From IMG/VR virus record IMGVR_UViG_3300046710_000084, positions 1 through 43,256 of that record: a DNA stretch of 43,256 bases; one strand, 5' to 3'. The DNA comes from a virus. Taxonomy: Duplodnaviria; Caudoviricetes. This document shows, piece by piece, positions 19,218 to 28,151 of the stretch; positions within the stretch are counted from its first letter, which is position 1; each line of letters starts with the position of its first letter. A program made the translations under genes and the position numbers. Under the pieces are notes generated by a model. It saw only the letters and a list, made by a program, of their open reading frames with translations. It made no database searches and was not told the origin of the DNA.

Positions 19218-20594
19218 CTAGCTACCCAACCGCCCTTTTAGACGGACGGAACCAGCCGAGAAGACGACCTCGAAGACCTCTGGAGCGTAAGGCTGATGCC
19301 CCATGCGGTCATTCCAGGAGAAGCGGTAAATGCTCTCCAGGTCATCAATCGGGGGAGGAGTGTGCAGACGGATTGGGGCTGCAACACCCGTTACGACACC
19401 CTGAGGCCCACCAACGAAGATTGACGCATGGACATTGAAGCCCTTGGTCACGTAACCGTAGTTAGCGCCTTCGATGATGGTTGCGAGGTCAGCCATGATT
19501 GGCTTGTCCAGGCAGATGCGGTCATTACCAGTGTCGATGGACACTACACGCCGATACTGGTTGGAACCATCAAATGGGTCAACTGAGCCAGTCGCACCAT
19601 AGGAACTGGTCTTGCTGGTGTGAATGGTGATGATGTCGTTCACCTGAAGATTGCTCTCCAGTGTGCCTGTGTCTGGACTGGTGTCCAGTTGCAGATAGTG
19701 GACGATACCACCAGAAGTCTGACCGACTTTGTACGTTCCATCAACCTTGGTTGAGGCAGGGTTCGGAGCGCCATCGCCAGCATGTGCCGCAGCAGTGATG
19801 CCAGCCTGGAACTCTACAGTTCCAGCATTCCACAAGACGAGGCGTGGGGACTCCACGAAGCGCACGTTCTTGTAGGTTCCAACTTCGTACTTGAACAGAG
19901 AGCCTGGGGAGGCATATTTCGCCACTTCCACCCAATCGGGGTCTTTCTGTAAGTCGAAGATTACTCCAGGCGTGGTGTAGCAGATCACTGCACCAGCGGA
20001 GCCATCGGGGTTCAAAGCGCCGTTCACTTCACGGTACTTCATACCAAGCTGGATGGTCGGGGGGATTGAGATGTCCATGACATCCGTAGATATCATGTCA
20101 CCAAAATCGGTTGCGGAGCCAGCGTAGTACACGTACCCTGTGTGGGCGAGAGCACCTTCAATCAGGGCGTTACGTGCTAAGTAGTCATGCACGTCAACGA
20201 TGTTTGCACCCAAGACCTGATTGAGGATGGCACGTAAACCTTGGGTTCCGTTTGCCTTCCAGTAGGTCACTAGGTCATCGTACTCATGCATGGCAACTTT
20301 CCCGCCATGATGTTGGAAAGTGATTTCGATTGCCCGACTGTCAATATGCATGGCAGGGAGCCACAGTTGACGAGTCGCAATCGCATTGTAGTTAGCATGA
20401 GGTTCCAGCACTTGCGTGACTGTCATGCTAGTCGCACGAACATCTGCGAGGTTTCGGGCATACGTCACAATGTCCGAGAACAAAGAACGTGTGCGGAAGA
20501 GGGCCAACACGTCAGGGTCGTACCAGACACGTTGGTTCTTATCCAGAACCTCGACAGGATTGTCGGCATAATAATCAGTGATAGGGTCAGCCAT
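19218..20594 (-). CDS. Major capsid protein (N4-gp56-like family), 458 aa
   Basis: After the scaffold gene. DLQKDPDWVEVAKYA...LFKYEVGTYKNVRFVES is characteristic of N4-gp56-type MCPs. Confidence 0.8.
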   Translation of the reverse strand: MADPITDYYADNPVEVLDKNQRVWYDPDVLALFRTRSLFSDIVTYARNLADVRATSMTVTQVLEPHANYNAIATRQLWLPAMHIDSRAIEITFQHHGGKVAMHEYDDLVTYWKANGTQGLRAILNQVLGANIVDVHDYLARNALIEGALAHTGYVYYAGSATDFGDMISTDVMDISIPPTIQLGMKYREVNGALNPDGSAGAVICYTTPGVIFDLQKDPDWVEVAKYASPGSLFKYEVGTYKNVRFVESPRLVLWNAGTVEFQAGITAAAHAGDGAPNPASTKVDGTYKVGQTSGGIVHYLQLDTSPDTGTLESNLQVNDIITIHTSKTSSYGATGSVDPFDGSNQYRRVVSIDTGNDRICLDKPIMADLATIIEGANYGYVTKGFNVHASIFVGGPQGVVTGVAAPIRLHTPPPIDDLESIYRFSWNDRMGHQPYAPEVFEVVFSAGSVRLKGRLGS

Positions 20595-20614
20595 TTCAAT
20601 ACCTCTCTAGGGGT

Positions 20615-21307
20615 TTAGGGTTTGGGTTGCGCCTTCTTAGCCTGTATTGCATCCCATTTGGCTTGCCACTGAGCCGCTTCTTTGGGGTTGCGTCCCATGG
20701 TTTCCATCAGCTTCTTCCAGACGAAATCCTCAGACTCATCGCCAGCGTTTCCACCTTGGTTCCCAAGGTCTGTATTACCACTACCTGGAGGGGTAGCACC
20801 AGACATCAGGTTCTTTAGGTCAACGCCTAACTGACCAGCGAGAGTCTCACGGAACTGAGTGAGCAATTGCTTCGACTCAGCCTCGTCCTTGCCTTTGGCA
20901 ATCAAGCCCTTGGCTTCCCACTTGGCGAGCTCAGGAAAGTCGTTCATAATGAGCTTCGCACGAGCAAGGTCGCCTTCAATGGTTGCTTTACCGCCTTGCA
21001 GCGCAATCATTTGATTATTCAGGTCAGTGACCTGTTTCGTCAAGGCAGCCATCTGGCTATCCTTGGTAGTGTGACCGAGCTTCGCTTCTTCAAGCGCAGC
21101 CTTAGCTTCAGTAAGTTTTTGGGTAGTATCCAATATTGATTTATCGGATGTTTCCTTCAACTTATTGTAAGTGGTCTGAAGGCCCTTGTAGGAGCCTTCC
21201 CAATCAGTACCACCAGATGGCGCTCCACCTGTTCCACCTGTACCTCCAGCGGGGGCTGGAGCACCAGGGGTCGGGTCGGGCGAGTTTCCAGGGGCTTGGT
21301 CAGTCAT
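20615..21307 (-). CDS. Capsid scaffolding protein, 230 aa
   Basis: Start moved to MTDQAPG (AAGGAG RBS at ~21315-21320). P/G-rich N-terminus, long coiled coil, PPG linker and C-terminal helix; between portal and MCP. Confidence 0.7.
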   Translation of the reverse strand: MTDQAPGNSPDPTPGAPAPAGGTGGTGGAPSGGTDWEGSYKGLQTTYNKLKETSDKSILDTTQKLTEAKAALEEAKLGHTTKDSQMAALTKQVTDLNNQMIALQGGKATIEGDLARAKLIMNDFPELAKWEAKGLIAKGKDEAESKQLLTQFRETLAGQLGVDLKNLMSGATPPGSGNTDLGNQGGNAGDESEDFVWKKLMETMGRNPKEAAQWQAKWDAIQAKKAQPKP

Positions 21308-21311
21308 TCTA

Positions 21312-22931
21312 TTACTCCTTTGTGTCAGGTTTAGGTTTTGTGGGCGGTTTCGGCTTTCCTGCGCCGCCAGCACCCACCATAGCGGGTGGAGGCATCGCAT
21401 CAGCACGAATTTCCGCTAATTCCTTGATTTGAGCTTTGATGGCAGCGTACTCGCCTTCAGGGTCTTCAATATCGTCAAATTGAGCCAATAAGTGCTCTAG
21501 TGAGCCCAAATTGCCTGAAGCACGACTGACCATCTCGTTTACGAAGATTTCTCTGTCTCGTGGAAGCACAGGAGCCCATTTGCGCTCTATACGCATATCC
21601 AGCACTGCCTCAGGTAGTGTAGGCAGTTTCCATTGACTTCTGACAGCTTCAGGGACAGATAAAGTCATCTTCAGTAGTAAATTATCCATAAGTGCAAGAG
21701 CATCAGCCCATGCAATGCGTTCCATACCTGTATGCGACCACAAAGGCCACATACGCATCGCCAGGGTCAAGGCGCTCCTCTGAGAGCCTTCATCCTCGCC
21801 ATCAGCTACCGCAGGGATGAAGGCCTCTCTTCGGAACTGATTGTAAAGCTGCTCATTGAGTTCCTTCATGGACGTGGAGGCTTGAGCAGCGCCTAGCTCA
21901 CTCATGTCAGGGTCTCCCTCTTTGCCAGTGATGGACGGATTTGGGGGAAGTTGGACAACCCTAACTCCTGGAGCTAGTTCGTACACATCGGGACGACCTG
22001 AGGTGTTCTTGATGACATAATAACGATGGCTGTCATCACTTACAGCGTCACCATAGTCGGCAATACGCTTATTCATCTCTTCTACGATACCCTGGACGTT
22101 CTGAGTAATCAGACTGTCTCCGTAGAAGCCACTGGTACGAACATGGGGGATATACCAAATTGGCACAGCCCCAAACTTGTTGTCACCCTGATAGTAGAGA
22201 TTTGCAGCCGTAGTGGGGTCTGACTTACCAGTAGGAACCAAGCGACCATTTATAGTCACTTCATAGTAGTCAGGCTGCCAGTACTCGACATAGTAGACGA
22301 GCTCATCAGGTGGAAACTCCATGCCATAAAGTCGGAAGGCTTCATGTGGAGAAATGGCTCGAACTATCCAGCCTTGCTCTAGTCTGAACTGGTCTCCCGA
22401 CATAGGGATACCAACGAAGTTTCCAGGGTGTACATCTTCAATTCTGAAGGGAGAAGGAACAAATTTGGCTTCAGGGACGAAAGATAGCTTGAAAACACTA
22501 CCTCCGTACACCTGAGCGTTGATACCATTCGTGAGCATCAAAGAACGACCACTATTGTTGTACCAGACACGATTTATCCAGTCCTGACCAGCTTTCGCCT
22601 CTTTCTTCATGTTCATGTCGTCAGGATGCAGAATAGCGGGTGCTAGGGGTCTGGAGTCGTCTTTTGTCTCGCCAAATAGGGCATAAGCGTGTTTGTAGAC
22701 CGCTCCACGAATAGGATTTATCTTTATAGGGTATTTCTCAACGGTACGTCCACCCTGAACCTGTCTCTCGTTCAGTTTGTCGCCGTTGAACCAAGACTCA
22801 AGCTCGTCATACTCCATGCGCTTAGAGTGCCATTCACTTTCAGGAAAATCGTGAATAGAGCCCAGGTTGAATACTCCGAGCTTTATTTCTCCAAGAAGTT
22901 CATTTACTTTTATGAAATTAGGCACAGACAC
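21312..22931 (-). CDS. Portal protein, 539 aa
   Basis: Size and position upstream of scaffold/MCP. NKFGAVPIWYIP, FYGDS and SQRSALTL resemble SPP1 gp6-like portal motifs. Confidence 0.8.
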   Translation of the reverse strand: MSVPNFIKVNELLGEIKLGVFNLGSIHDFPESEWHSKRMEYDELESWFNGDKLNERQVQGGRTVEKYPIKINPIRGAVYKHAYALFGETKDDSRPLAPAILHPDDMNMKKEAKAGQDWINRVWYNNSGRSLMLTNGINAQVYGGSVFKLSFVPEAKFVPSPFRIEDVHPGNFVGIPMSGDQFRLEQGWIVRAISPHEAFRLYGMEFPPDELVYYVEYWQPDYYEVTINGRLVPTGKSDPTTAANLYYQGDNKFGAVPIWYIPHVRTSGFYGDSLITQNVQGIVEEMNKRIADYGDAVSDDSHRYYVIKNTSGRPDVYELAPGVRVVQLPPNPSITGKEGDPDMSELGAAQASTSMKELNEQLYNQFRREAFIPAVADGEDEGSQRSALTLAMRMWPLWSHTGMERIAWADALALMDNLLLKMTLSVPEAVRSQWKLPTLPEAVLDMRIERKWAPVLPRDREIFVNEMVSRASGNLGSLEHLLAQFDDIEDPEGEYAAIKAQIKELAEIRADAMPPPAMVGAGGAGKPKPPTKPKPDTKE

Positions 22932-23003
22932 TCCTCACACGAACTAACTTTGAGCAAAACTAGGTTATTTGTCATGTGTTGTTTCCGATGTCTGAGCTTT
23001 GTT

Positions 23004-23032
23004 AGTGTATTATACATTTTCAGGGTTGTCAA
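23004..23032 (-). promoter_or_regulatory. Sigma70-like promoter upstream of portal/head operon
   Basis: TTGACA (23032-23027), 17 nt, TACACT (23009-23004) in an intergenic gap. Flanked by CTCAGA palindromes at 23036-23051 and a degenerate copy at 22983-22996. Confidence 0.65.
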
Positions 23033-23054
23033 GTACTCAGACGAGTCTGAGTGC

Positions 23055-23363
23055 CTATTCCTCGTTCTTTTTGAACTTCGAGCGCAGATATTGACCAAAA
23101 CGGAACAAAAACAGGTTCCAAGAGAAACGGAAATAGCGCCTTGCATCAAGTTGGACATGTGCAAGTGCAATAGCGTTCACGTCAGGTGCTATTACGGTCA
23201 TTTCTACCCAGGGAACGCTATCGGGTTCGAGATGAAGATGAATTTCACGAACATGGTCTATCCGAGTACCATCTTCCATGAAAACTCCATTATCCCGACC
23301 TGAATATGTGCCATCGCAAGTGATTTTGACCTTATTGAATTTTCTATTGCTCATAGTACCCAT
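23055..23363 (-). CDS. Hypothetical protein, 102 aa
   Basis: Co-oriented, tightly packed ORF. Confidence 0.6.
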   Translation of the reverse strand: MGTMSNRKFNKVKITCDGTYSGRDNGVFMEDGTRIDHVREIHLHLEPDSVPWVEMTVIAPDVNAIALAHVQLDARRYFRFSWNLFLFRFGQYLRSKFKKNEE

Positions 23364-23551
23364 TTCTCAAGCTCCCTTTGTTCTTTCAACTTCTCTTTCT
23401 TGTACTCCCTAGCATCAATGACCTGTAACCACTTCACGTGGTATACCGTCATGCCATACATGCACATGGATGCAACAAAGAATAGTACACTTCTTACAAA
23501 AAGCTCCGACATCTGAGACAAACCACCCCAAATGCCGAGTAAGAAGAGCAC
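23351..23551 (-). CDS. Small membrane protein (start uncertain)
   Basis: Hydrophobic N-terminal half, charged C-terminus. Confidence 0.45.
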   Translation of the reverse strand: MLFLLGIWGGLSQMSELFVRSVLFFVASMCMYGMTVYHVKWLQVIDAREYKKEKLKEQRELEKWVL

Positions 23552-23588
23552 TTCTACGCTCCAGAGGCAGAACCAAGTACCAGGATGG

Positions 23589-23840
23589 TCACGGTATCGG
23601 AGTTTCAGGATATGTCTCCTTCTCCCATTGTTCGTAGGCTGTTACAGCGAGGCTCAGCCACGTTTCCTCTTTACCTGAGCGCTCGTTGCCATGAGCGAGC
23701 AATCGTACCACAACGCTTGGGGGAAGTTTTCCTTTTCGTCCTTCGAGGATGCGTTTCATGCGAGGATTTACTTCCTTCGGGACTTTGAGCTCCTCTTTGA
23801 GAGCTTTCAAGAACTCTTGTAGATGGTCTTTGGGTGGCAT
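23589..23840 (-). CDS. Hypothetical protein, ~83 aa
   Basis: Start at MPPKDH right after the upstream stop. Confidence 0.55.
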   Translation of the reverse strand: MPPKDHLQEFLKALKEELKVPKEVNPRMKRILEGRKGKLPPSVVVRLLAHGNERSGKEETWLSLAVTAYEQWEKETYPETPIP

Positions 23841-23841
23841 G

Positions 23842-24147
23842 TCACACCGCCTCGTATGTAGCATCAAAGATGTCTGGCTTGCAGGGATAGAGTTCGCCCT
23901 TTACGCCACGAATAATCCAGTCGTTTTGAGTCCCTATCATCAATCCCTCAAGTGTAGGTATCATCAAACCGATTGTTTCAGACCAGGACTTATCGGGAGT
24001 TGGTTTCCCATCTGCCCCAATGAAACACCCTTCGGGCTTGCCTTCTTTGAGGCCTCCAATACCAACAAAGTCACACATTTCGCTCCAGTTGTCCCACCTG
24101 AGTTGAACTGCCTCGATTACTACTGGTTTCTTGCGGAATTTAGCCAT
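23842..24147 (-). CDS. Conserved phage protein of the RKKPVVIEA...TLEG...YPCKPDIF family (possible anti-defence nucleotide sponge), 101 aa
   Basis: [21 protein letters not shown] and [24 protein letters not shown] mark a widespread small phage family; the function is uncertain. Confidence 0.7.
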   Translation of the reverse strand: MAKFRKKPVVIEAVQLRWDNWSEMCDFVGIGGLKEGKPEGCFIGADGKPTPDKSWSETIGLMIPTLEGLMIGTQNDWIIRGVKGELYPCKPDIFDATYEAV

Positions 24148-24148
24148 G

Positions 24149-24328
24149 TTATCGCCTCACGATAATACGAGCTATGGAGTAGCCAAATCCAGTACTGGAT
24201 ATGACTATCATGCAAAGCAATCCAACTCTGATTGCTCCATCCTGTACAAAGAAGTACAGGATAAGCGAACCAATGAACAAGACCAAGAACATCAGTGCTA
24301 TCATTACTCTGTCGAGCTTTGTTGCCAT
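24149..24328 (-). CDS. Small two-TM membrane protein, 59 aa
   Basis: Not in the track (<60 aa). [59 protein letters not shown], with AGGAGA RBS. Confidence 0.65.
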   Translation of the reverse strand: MATKLDRVMIALMFLVLFIGSLILYFFVQDGAIRVGLLCMIVISSTGFGYSIARIIVRR

Positions 24329-24383
24329 GTTTTATCTCCTAAAGTTTCTGTCTCTGTTCCGTATGTCACGGTTTTTGTTGTGC

Positions 24384-26003
24384 TCAGCGTCTATAGTCTC
24401 TCGTGGACGCAGGTTGACGGATGTTTCTTCCAGCAGCTTCGAGTAATGCAAGAGTCTCTTGGCTGTTGTTATTCTCGTCTTCCGCTCCAACATTATAATA
24501 CGCTCGAATAACGAATGCAGCCATAGCGAGAGTTGCGACAATATCTTGTGCAATTTTTGGCTCTCCTCCTCGGTCTAACATGGGGTCGTAGCTGTACATC
24601 TGCATTTTGATGCCCTTGGCTATATCGGCCCACTTGAAAAGACCAAGTTCAATCATATTCCGAAGGCTCAAGAGCATGTTCATCTTGCGCCCAACACTGA
24701 AATCCATACCTGTAATGGGGATTTGTCCCCAAAGTTCACGCAACGGTTGTCCGTCCCATATCTTTTGGAGGTTCATCAATTGTACCATGCCAGCCTGAGG
24801 GCCTGTACTGTCTATACCAGCGAAAATCGGACGATATTTCTCTTTATACTCGTAAACCTTGTCAATAAAAGGCTGAATATGTCGATTTCCGTTGCCCCAC
24901 CAGAACGCAGTGACGATTGCAGGGCTCTCAGGGAGTTTCGAGGCGTCAACCACAGCCACACAAGGCGCATTTCGGGCAGGAAACGTGCCAGTACCAGGGT
25001 CTCCGAGCAGAAAACAGTAGTCAGAGGTCTTCGGCATCTGGTATTCAACGGCTCCCAAGGTAGGAGCGGTTATCAGCTTGTAATTATTCTCGCCTTTGGC
25101 GACTTTTTGCTCGACAAACTCACTCAGGTAGGGGTCTGAAGCCGCAGCTACACGTCCTTTGGCGAAGTATTTACCTTTACCTTCAGGTCGCAAGCCCATA
25201 AGTAACCGTTCCTGCTCTTCAGGGTCACGGATGAACTTGAGGCTGTTCTTGATTTGTCTGTCAGTGACGTTCTTGTTGGCGCTGGTTGGCACTGAAATGG
25301 AGAGGCATTCGTCTGGATTGTCGATTGCAAGGTCGTAGAAGTAGTAAACATGTGAAGCACTCTCATTATCCCATGGGTTTGTCATCAAGCTCATGCGGCC
25401 CAGGAACTCACGCCCACGTGCGGTCTTACCAGTAAGACGTGTGCTCAAGTTCATCAGAGCTTGGTCGAGGTTGTCTACTAGTGCTGCCTCGTCCAGATTT
25501 ATCCAGTCACCTCTCCAAGAGAAGATTTTAGCAGCCTGTTTATCCATGGACATAAACTCCATGGTGGAGCGCATCTTGCTACGCCCAACTTTGAAACCTA
25601 ATGTAAGTTTCGGGAAGGGTGTATCAACCGAATTTTCGATAAACTTTTCCGCAGGGGTATCTATAAGCTGTGTCTCGATGAGTTCTTTCATAATTCGAGA
25701 TTGCCACGCCCAATTAGCCCCATTCATAAACTTGAAGCCCTCAGTGGACATCGCCCAAGTAAAGGCTCCCATCCCTACTCCGAGGGTCTTACCAGAACCA
25801 ATACCCATGACACCCACGATAAGGGTCTGCTGACAGAAGACTATCTTCTTCTGCCATGCGTACTCAGGAACGAAATTTCTATCGAATAAGAAGGTGCTTC
25901 CGTCCCCCTTGTTGTACCAATAATTGCAGAAATAATCCAGTTGCTCAGGAGACTCTAAACCCTGCTGGATTATCTCTAATTCCGCTTGTGTTAGCGAATA
26001 CAT
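24384..26003 (-). CDS. terL: Terminase large subunit, 539 aa
   Basis: Walker A GIGSGKT, Walker B WINLDEA, coupling motif MTNP and RNase H-like acidic motifs LLGDPG, GIDSTG and QDIVATLA. Confidence 0.9.
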   Translation of the reverse strand: MYSLTQAELEIIQQGLESPEQLDYFCNYWYNKGDGSTFLFDRNFVPEYAWQKKIVFCQQTLIVGVMGIGSGKTLGVGMGAFTWAMSTEGFKFMNGANWAWQSRIMKELIETQLIDTPAEKFIENSVDTPFPKLTLGFKVGRSKMRSTMEFMSMDKQAAKIFSWRGDWINLDEAALVDNLDQALMNLSTRLTGKTARGREFLGRMSLMTNPWDNESASHVYYFYDLAIDNPDECLSISVPTSANKNVTDRQIKNSLKFIRDPEEQERLLMGLRPEGKGKYFAKGRVAAASDPYLSEFVEQKVAKGENNYKLITAPTLGAVEYQMPKTSDYCFLLGDPGTGTFPARNAPCVAVVDASKLPESPAIVTAFWWGNGNRHIQPFIDKVYEYKEKYRPIFAGIDSTGPQAGMVQLMNLQKIWDGQPLRELWGQIPITGMDFSVGRKMNMLLSLRNMIELGLFKWADIAKGIKMQMYSYDPMLDRGGEPKIAQDIVATLAMAAFVIRAYYNVGAEDENNNSQETLALLEAAGRNIRQPASTRDYRR

Positions 26004-26006
26004 TTA

Positions 26007-26399
26007 CTAAGCGCCCCGCACAAACTCTCTGTTAGCTGTCCAGAAGAAAGCGGTAGTCAGGTTCGTCACTACCCGCTCCTCGTGTTTCATGCCTCGCTCA
26101 CGCATCTCGTTGACCAGTATATGCACAAATTCGTGGACGAGTATGAACTCAATCTCTTTCTTCTTCTTGCCGCGAAAAGCTGGTACGTTTATCGAGACAG
26201 TAGCAGTGCCATAACGCCAGTCAGATGTGACCGTAGCTGGAACTACCCTGCCATCCTTGAGTCGGTTGAACCTGTCTGCAATCTCAGACGCATCGGTGTA
26301 GTAGTTTATCCTTACTTCCCACCAGAGCAATCCGAGAGTTGACAGCCATCGTCCTCGACACTTCTTTATTTTCTTGATGGTCTTTTTGTTGGACTTCAT
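26007..26399 (-). CDS. Small HExxH (zincin-like) metalloprotein, ~130 aa
   Basis: ILVHEFVHILVNE...HEE; start at MKSNKK by ATGA overlap. Confidence 0.6.
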   Translation of the reverse strand: MKSNKKTIKKIKKCRGRWLSTLGLLWWEVRINYYTDASEIADRFNRLKDGRVVPATVTSDWRYGTATVSINVPAFRGKKKKEIEFILVHEFVHILVNEMRERGMKHEERVVTNLTTAFFWTANREFVRGA

Positions 26400-26644
26400 T
26401 TCAGATATTGTGATGGATTGGGGTCTTCCTCGAATTTGGGGCATTCCCAAACTGGTAGAACCATGCCAGTCTCAAGGACTACGGCAAAGTTCAGGTTAGC
26501 CAGTGGGCAGTTTTCCTCTGGCACTCCTGGATTGAACTTCAGGCATTGATAGCACAGGCAGTGTTCACGATGAAGACCTTTGAGCTCAGCGTTCACCCAC
26601 ACTATCCTGTTGTGATGTTCGTACTGAATGAATTTGTCGGACAT
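26396..26644 (-). CDS. Cys-rich hypothetical protein, 82 aa
   Basis: HCLCYQC...NCP...WECPKF, probably metal binding. Confidence 0.6.
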   Translation of the reverse strand: MSDKFIQYEHHNRIVWVNAELKGLHREHCLCYQCLKFNPGVPEENCPLANLNFAVVLETGMVLPVWECPKFEEDPNPSQYLK

Positions 26645-26647
26645 GTT

Positions 26648-26944
26648 TTAGTTCTCCTTGTATCTGCGTCTGCGTACCTGTTCGTGGTGACGTAGGTTCA
26701 TCTGCCACGTTATTTTGGCTTTCCACCAATCGGTATACTTGAATGTCATGGAGTCAGCCTTGCCACTCAATATCGCTTCAATAGTAGGCCAGACTTCCTC
26801 AAGACTGAAGGCGTAGACCAAACTGACATTATCGTTGGTGGGCTTGATACTCACGGCATTGAAGCCAGCCATGATAAGCACCTCGCACATAATCTGGTCT
26901 GTCGTTTCGTACAACTCCCCTGTTGGTTTTGTCACGACATCCAT
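26648..26944 (-). CDS. Hypothetical protein (DUF5659-like), ~98 aa
   Basis: YETTDQIMCEVLIMAGF...VYAF pattern; start at MDVVTK after the upstream stop. Confidence 0.5.
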   Translation of the reverse strand: MDVVTKPTGELYETTDQIMCEVLIMAGFNAVSIKPTNDNVSLVYAFSLEEVWPTIEAILSGKADSMTFKYTDWWKAKITWQMNLRHHEQVRRRRYKEN

Positions 26945-26945
26945 G

Positions 26946-27182
26946 TCAGTTCCCCAGGTCAGTGTGTTTCTTAGACATGATTTGCGGTTTTCGTTTTGGA
27001 GGGTCTGGCATCGTGATACTAGTGCCACCGTACATCTGCTGTTCCGTCATTGGGGCAAACACTGGATGCTCCCTGCCATTAGGAAGATAGACTCGATACG
27101 TCATTCCCCCATCTTCCACATACTGAGCCTGTCCATCCCACAGCTTTGTAAGCCTATCTGTCTCTTCTTGCGTCATCGTCAT
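26946..27182 (-). CDS. Hypothetical protein, 78 aa (paralog of 27265..27519)
   Basis: DRLTKLWDGQAQYVEDGGMTYRVYLP. Confidence 0.65.
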   Translation of the reverse strand: MTMTQEETDRLTKLWDGQAQYVEDGGMTYRVYLPNGREHPVFAPMTEQQMYGGTSITMPDPPKRKPQIMSKKHTDLGN

Positions 27183-27209
27183 GTAGCACCTCGTGTGTAA
27201 AATTTTCGC

Positions 27210-27242
27210 AATCTGTCACTATTGATTGGATAGTGACAGATT
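27210..27242. repeat. Perfect 13-bp inverted repeat (hairpin/terminator/operator)
   Basis: AATCTGTCACTAT-7 nt-ATAGTGACAGATT between the two paralogs. Confidence 0.7.
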
Positions 27243-27264
27243 ACGATTTTTGAATTTGACTAAA

Positions 27265-27519
27265 TTATCCCTTTGCTTCTTTGGCTTCTTTGGCGTCTGC
27301 CTTCGCCTCACGCCTCGCAGCGTTCTTCTCATCCTTCACGTCCTGGGCGGCGGTCTTGGCAGTGTCAACGTCCGTGTAGAAGTTGACCAGACCGTCGTCT
27401 GGAACAATCACTCGGTATTGCTGACCACCATCAAGCACGTAATCAGCTTTACCATCCCATAGAGCAGTAAGACGCTCAATGAGAGTCTTATCGGTTACAA
27501 GTACAGTTTTCGTTTCCAT
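27265..27519 (-). CDS. Hypothetical protein, 84 aa, with K/A/E-rich tail; first gene of the left arm
   Basis: AAGGAG RBS (27527-27532); ERLTALWDGKADYVLDGGQQYRVIVP. Confidence 0.7.
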   Translation of the reverse strand: METKTVLVTDKTLIERLTALWDGKADYVLDGGQQYRVIVPDDGLVNFYTDVDTAKTAAQDVKDEKNAARREAKADAKEAKEAKG

Positions 27520-27545
27520 ATTTCATCTCCTTGTTGGGTAGGTCG

Positions 27546-27554
27546 ATTATAGCA
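27546..27554 (-). promoter_or_regulatory. Extended -10 promoter for the left arm
   Basis: TG-C-TATAAT about 27 nt upstream of the ATG at 27519. Confidence 0.6.
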
Positions 27555-27559
27555 TATTT

Positions 27560-27740
27560 TCGGGCAAAAAAATTTGGGGGGGAGTGTTATTGATGGTTGG
27601 GGAGATGTGAAAGTGAACATACCCCTTATATATCATCAATAAAACAATAAGGCAGAGATACCGTAGTCCCCTGCCCCCATCCCCCCTCCCCCCTACTCCC
27701 CCAGGGGGAGGGAGGCCTACCCCCATGCCTTGAAAGGAGG
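27560..27740. other. Divergent non-coding strand-switch region with A7-T3-G7 and poly-C/poly-G runs (candidate genome end, pac site or origin)
   Basis: GCAAAAAAATTTGGGGGGGAG and CCCC-TG-CCCCC-AT-CCCCCC-T-CCCCCC-TACT-CCCCC-A-GGGGGAG; gene orientation switches here. Confidence 0.5.
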
Positions 27741-27745
27741 CACGA

Positions 27746-27961
27746 ATGTCCAAGATAGTGTATCGAATAACCCAAAGCGGTCTGGTCAAGCGAGTTGACT
27801 TAGACCCACCACGTGAGCGCAACTTGTCATGGATAAAGGCGCTATGGGATGTCCTTCTGATGTTTGCTGTTGGCATCATAACCGCCCTTGTAGTAATGGC
27901 TCTCTACAACATCGTAGTTGAGTTCATTGTTACGCTCACGACATTCTTCCCAGGAGGATAA
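27746..27961 (+). CDS. Small membrane protein, 71 aa; first gene of the right arm
   Basis: AAGGAGG RBS; hydrophobic C-terminal half. Confidence 0.7.
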   Translation: MSKIVYRITQSGLVKRVDLDPPRERNLSWIKALWDVLLMFAVGIITALVVMALYNIVVEFIVTLTTFFPGG

Positions 27962-27962
27962 C

Positions 27963-28151
27963 ATGGCTACCACTTATGCTGAGTGTCGTTCTACTAAGGA
28001 CAGCACGTGCATACGCATGTGCGTGTGTAAGGTCAAAGATGGCAAGCCTGTTGCCCCTAAGGGATGGGAACTGGTTGAGTGTAGTGTTATGCCTGAGCAG
28101 TACTATCACTCAGGTACAGTAAGACATCAACCTGTGTTCAATAAGCGCTAA
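27963..28151 (+). CDS. Cys-rich hypothetical protein, 62 aa
   Basis: GGAGG RBS before MATTYAEC. Confidence 0.55.
   Translation: MATTYAECRSTKDSTCIRMCVCKVKDGKPVAPKGWELVECSVMPEQYYHSGTVRHQPVFNKR

Noticed and set aside
20615-21406. 263-aa version of the scaffold ORF
   Set aside because: The extension overlaps the portal 3' end; a strong RBS supports the start at 21307.
23009-23032. TTGACA...TATAAT pairing at the portal promoter
   Set aside because: Spacing is only 12 nt; TACACT at 17 nt is the plausible -10.
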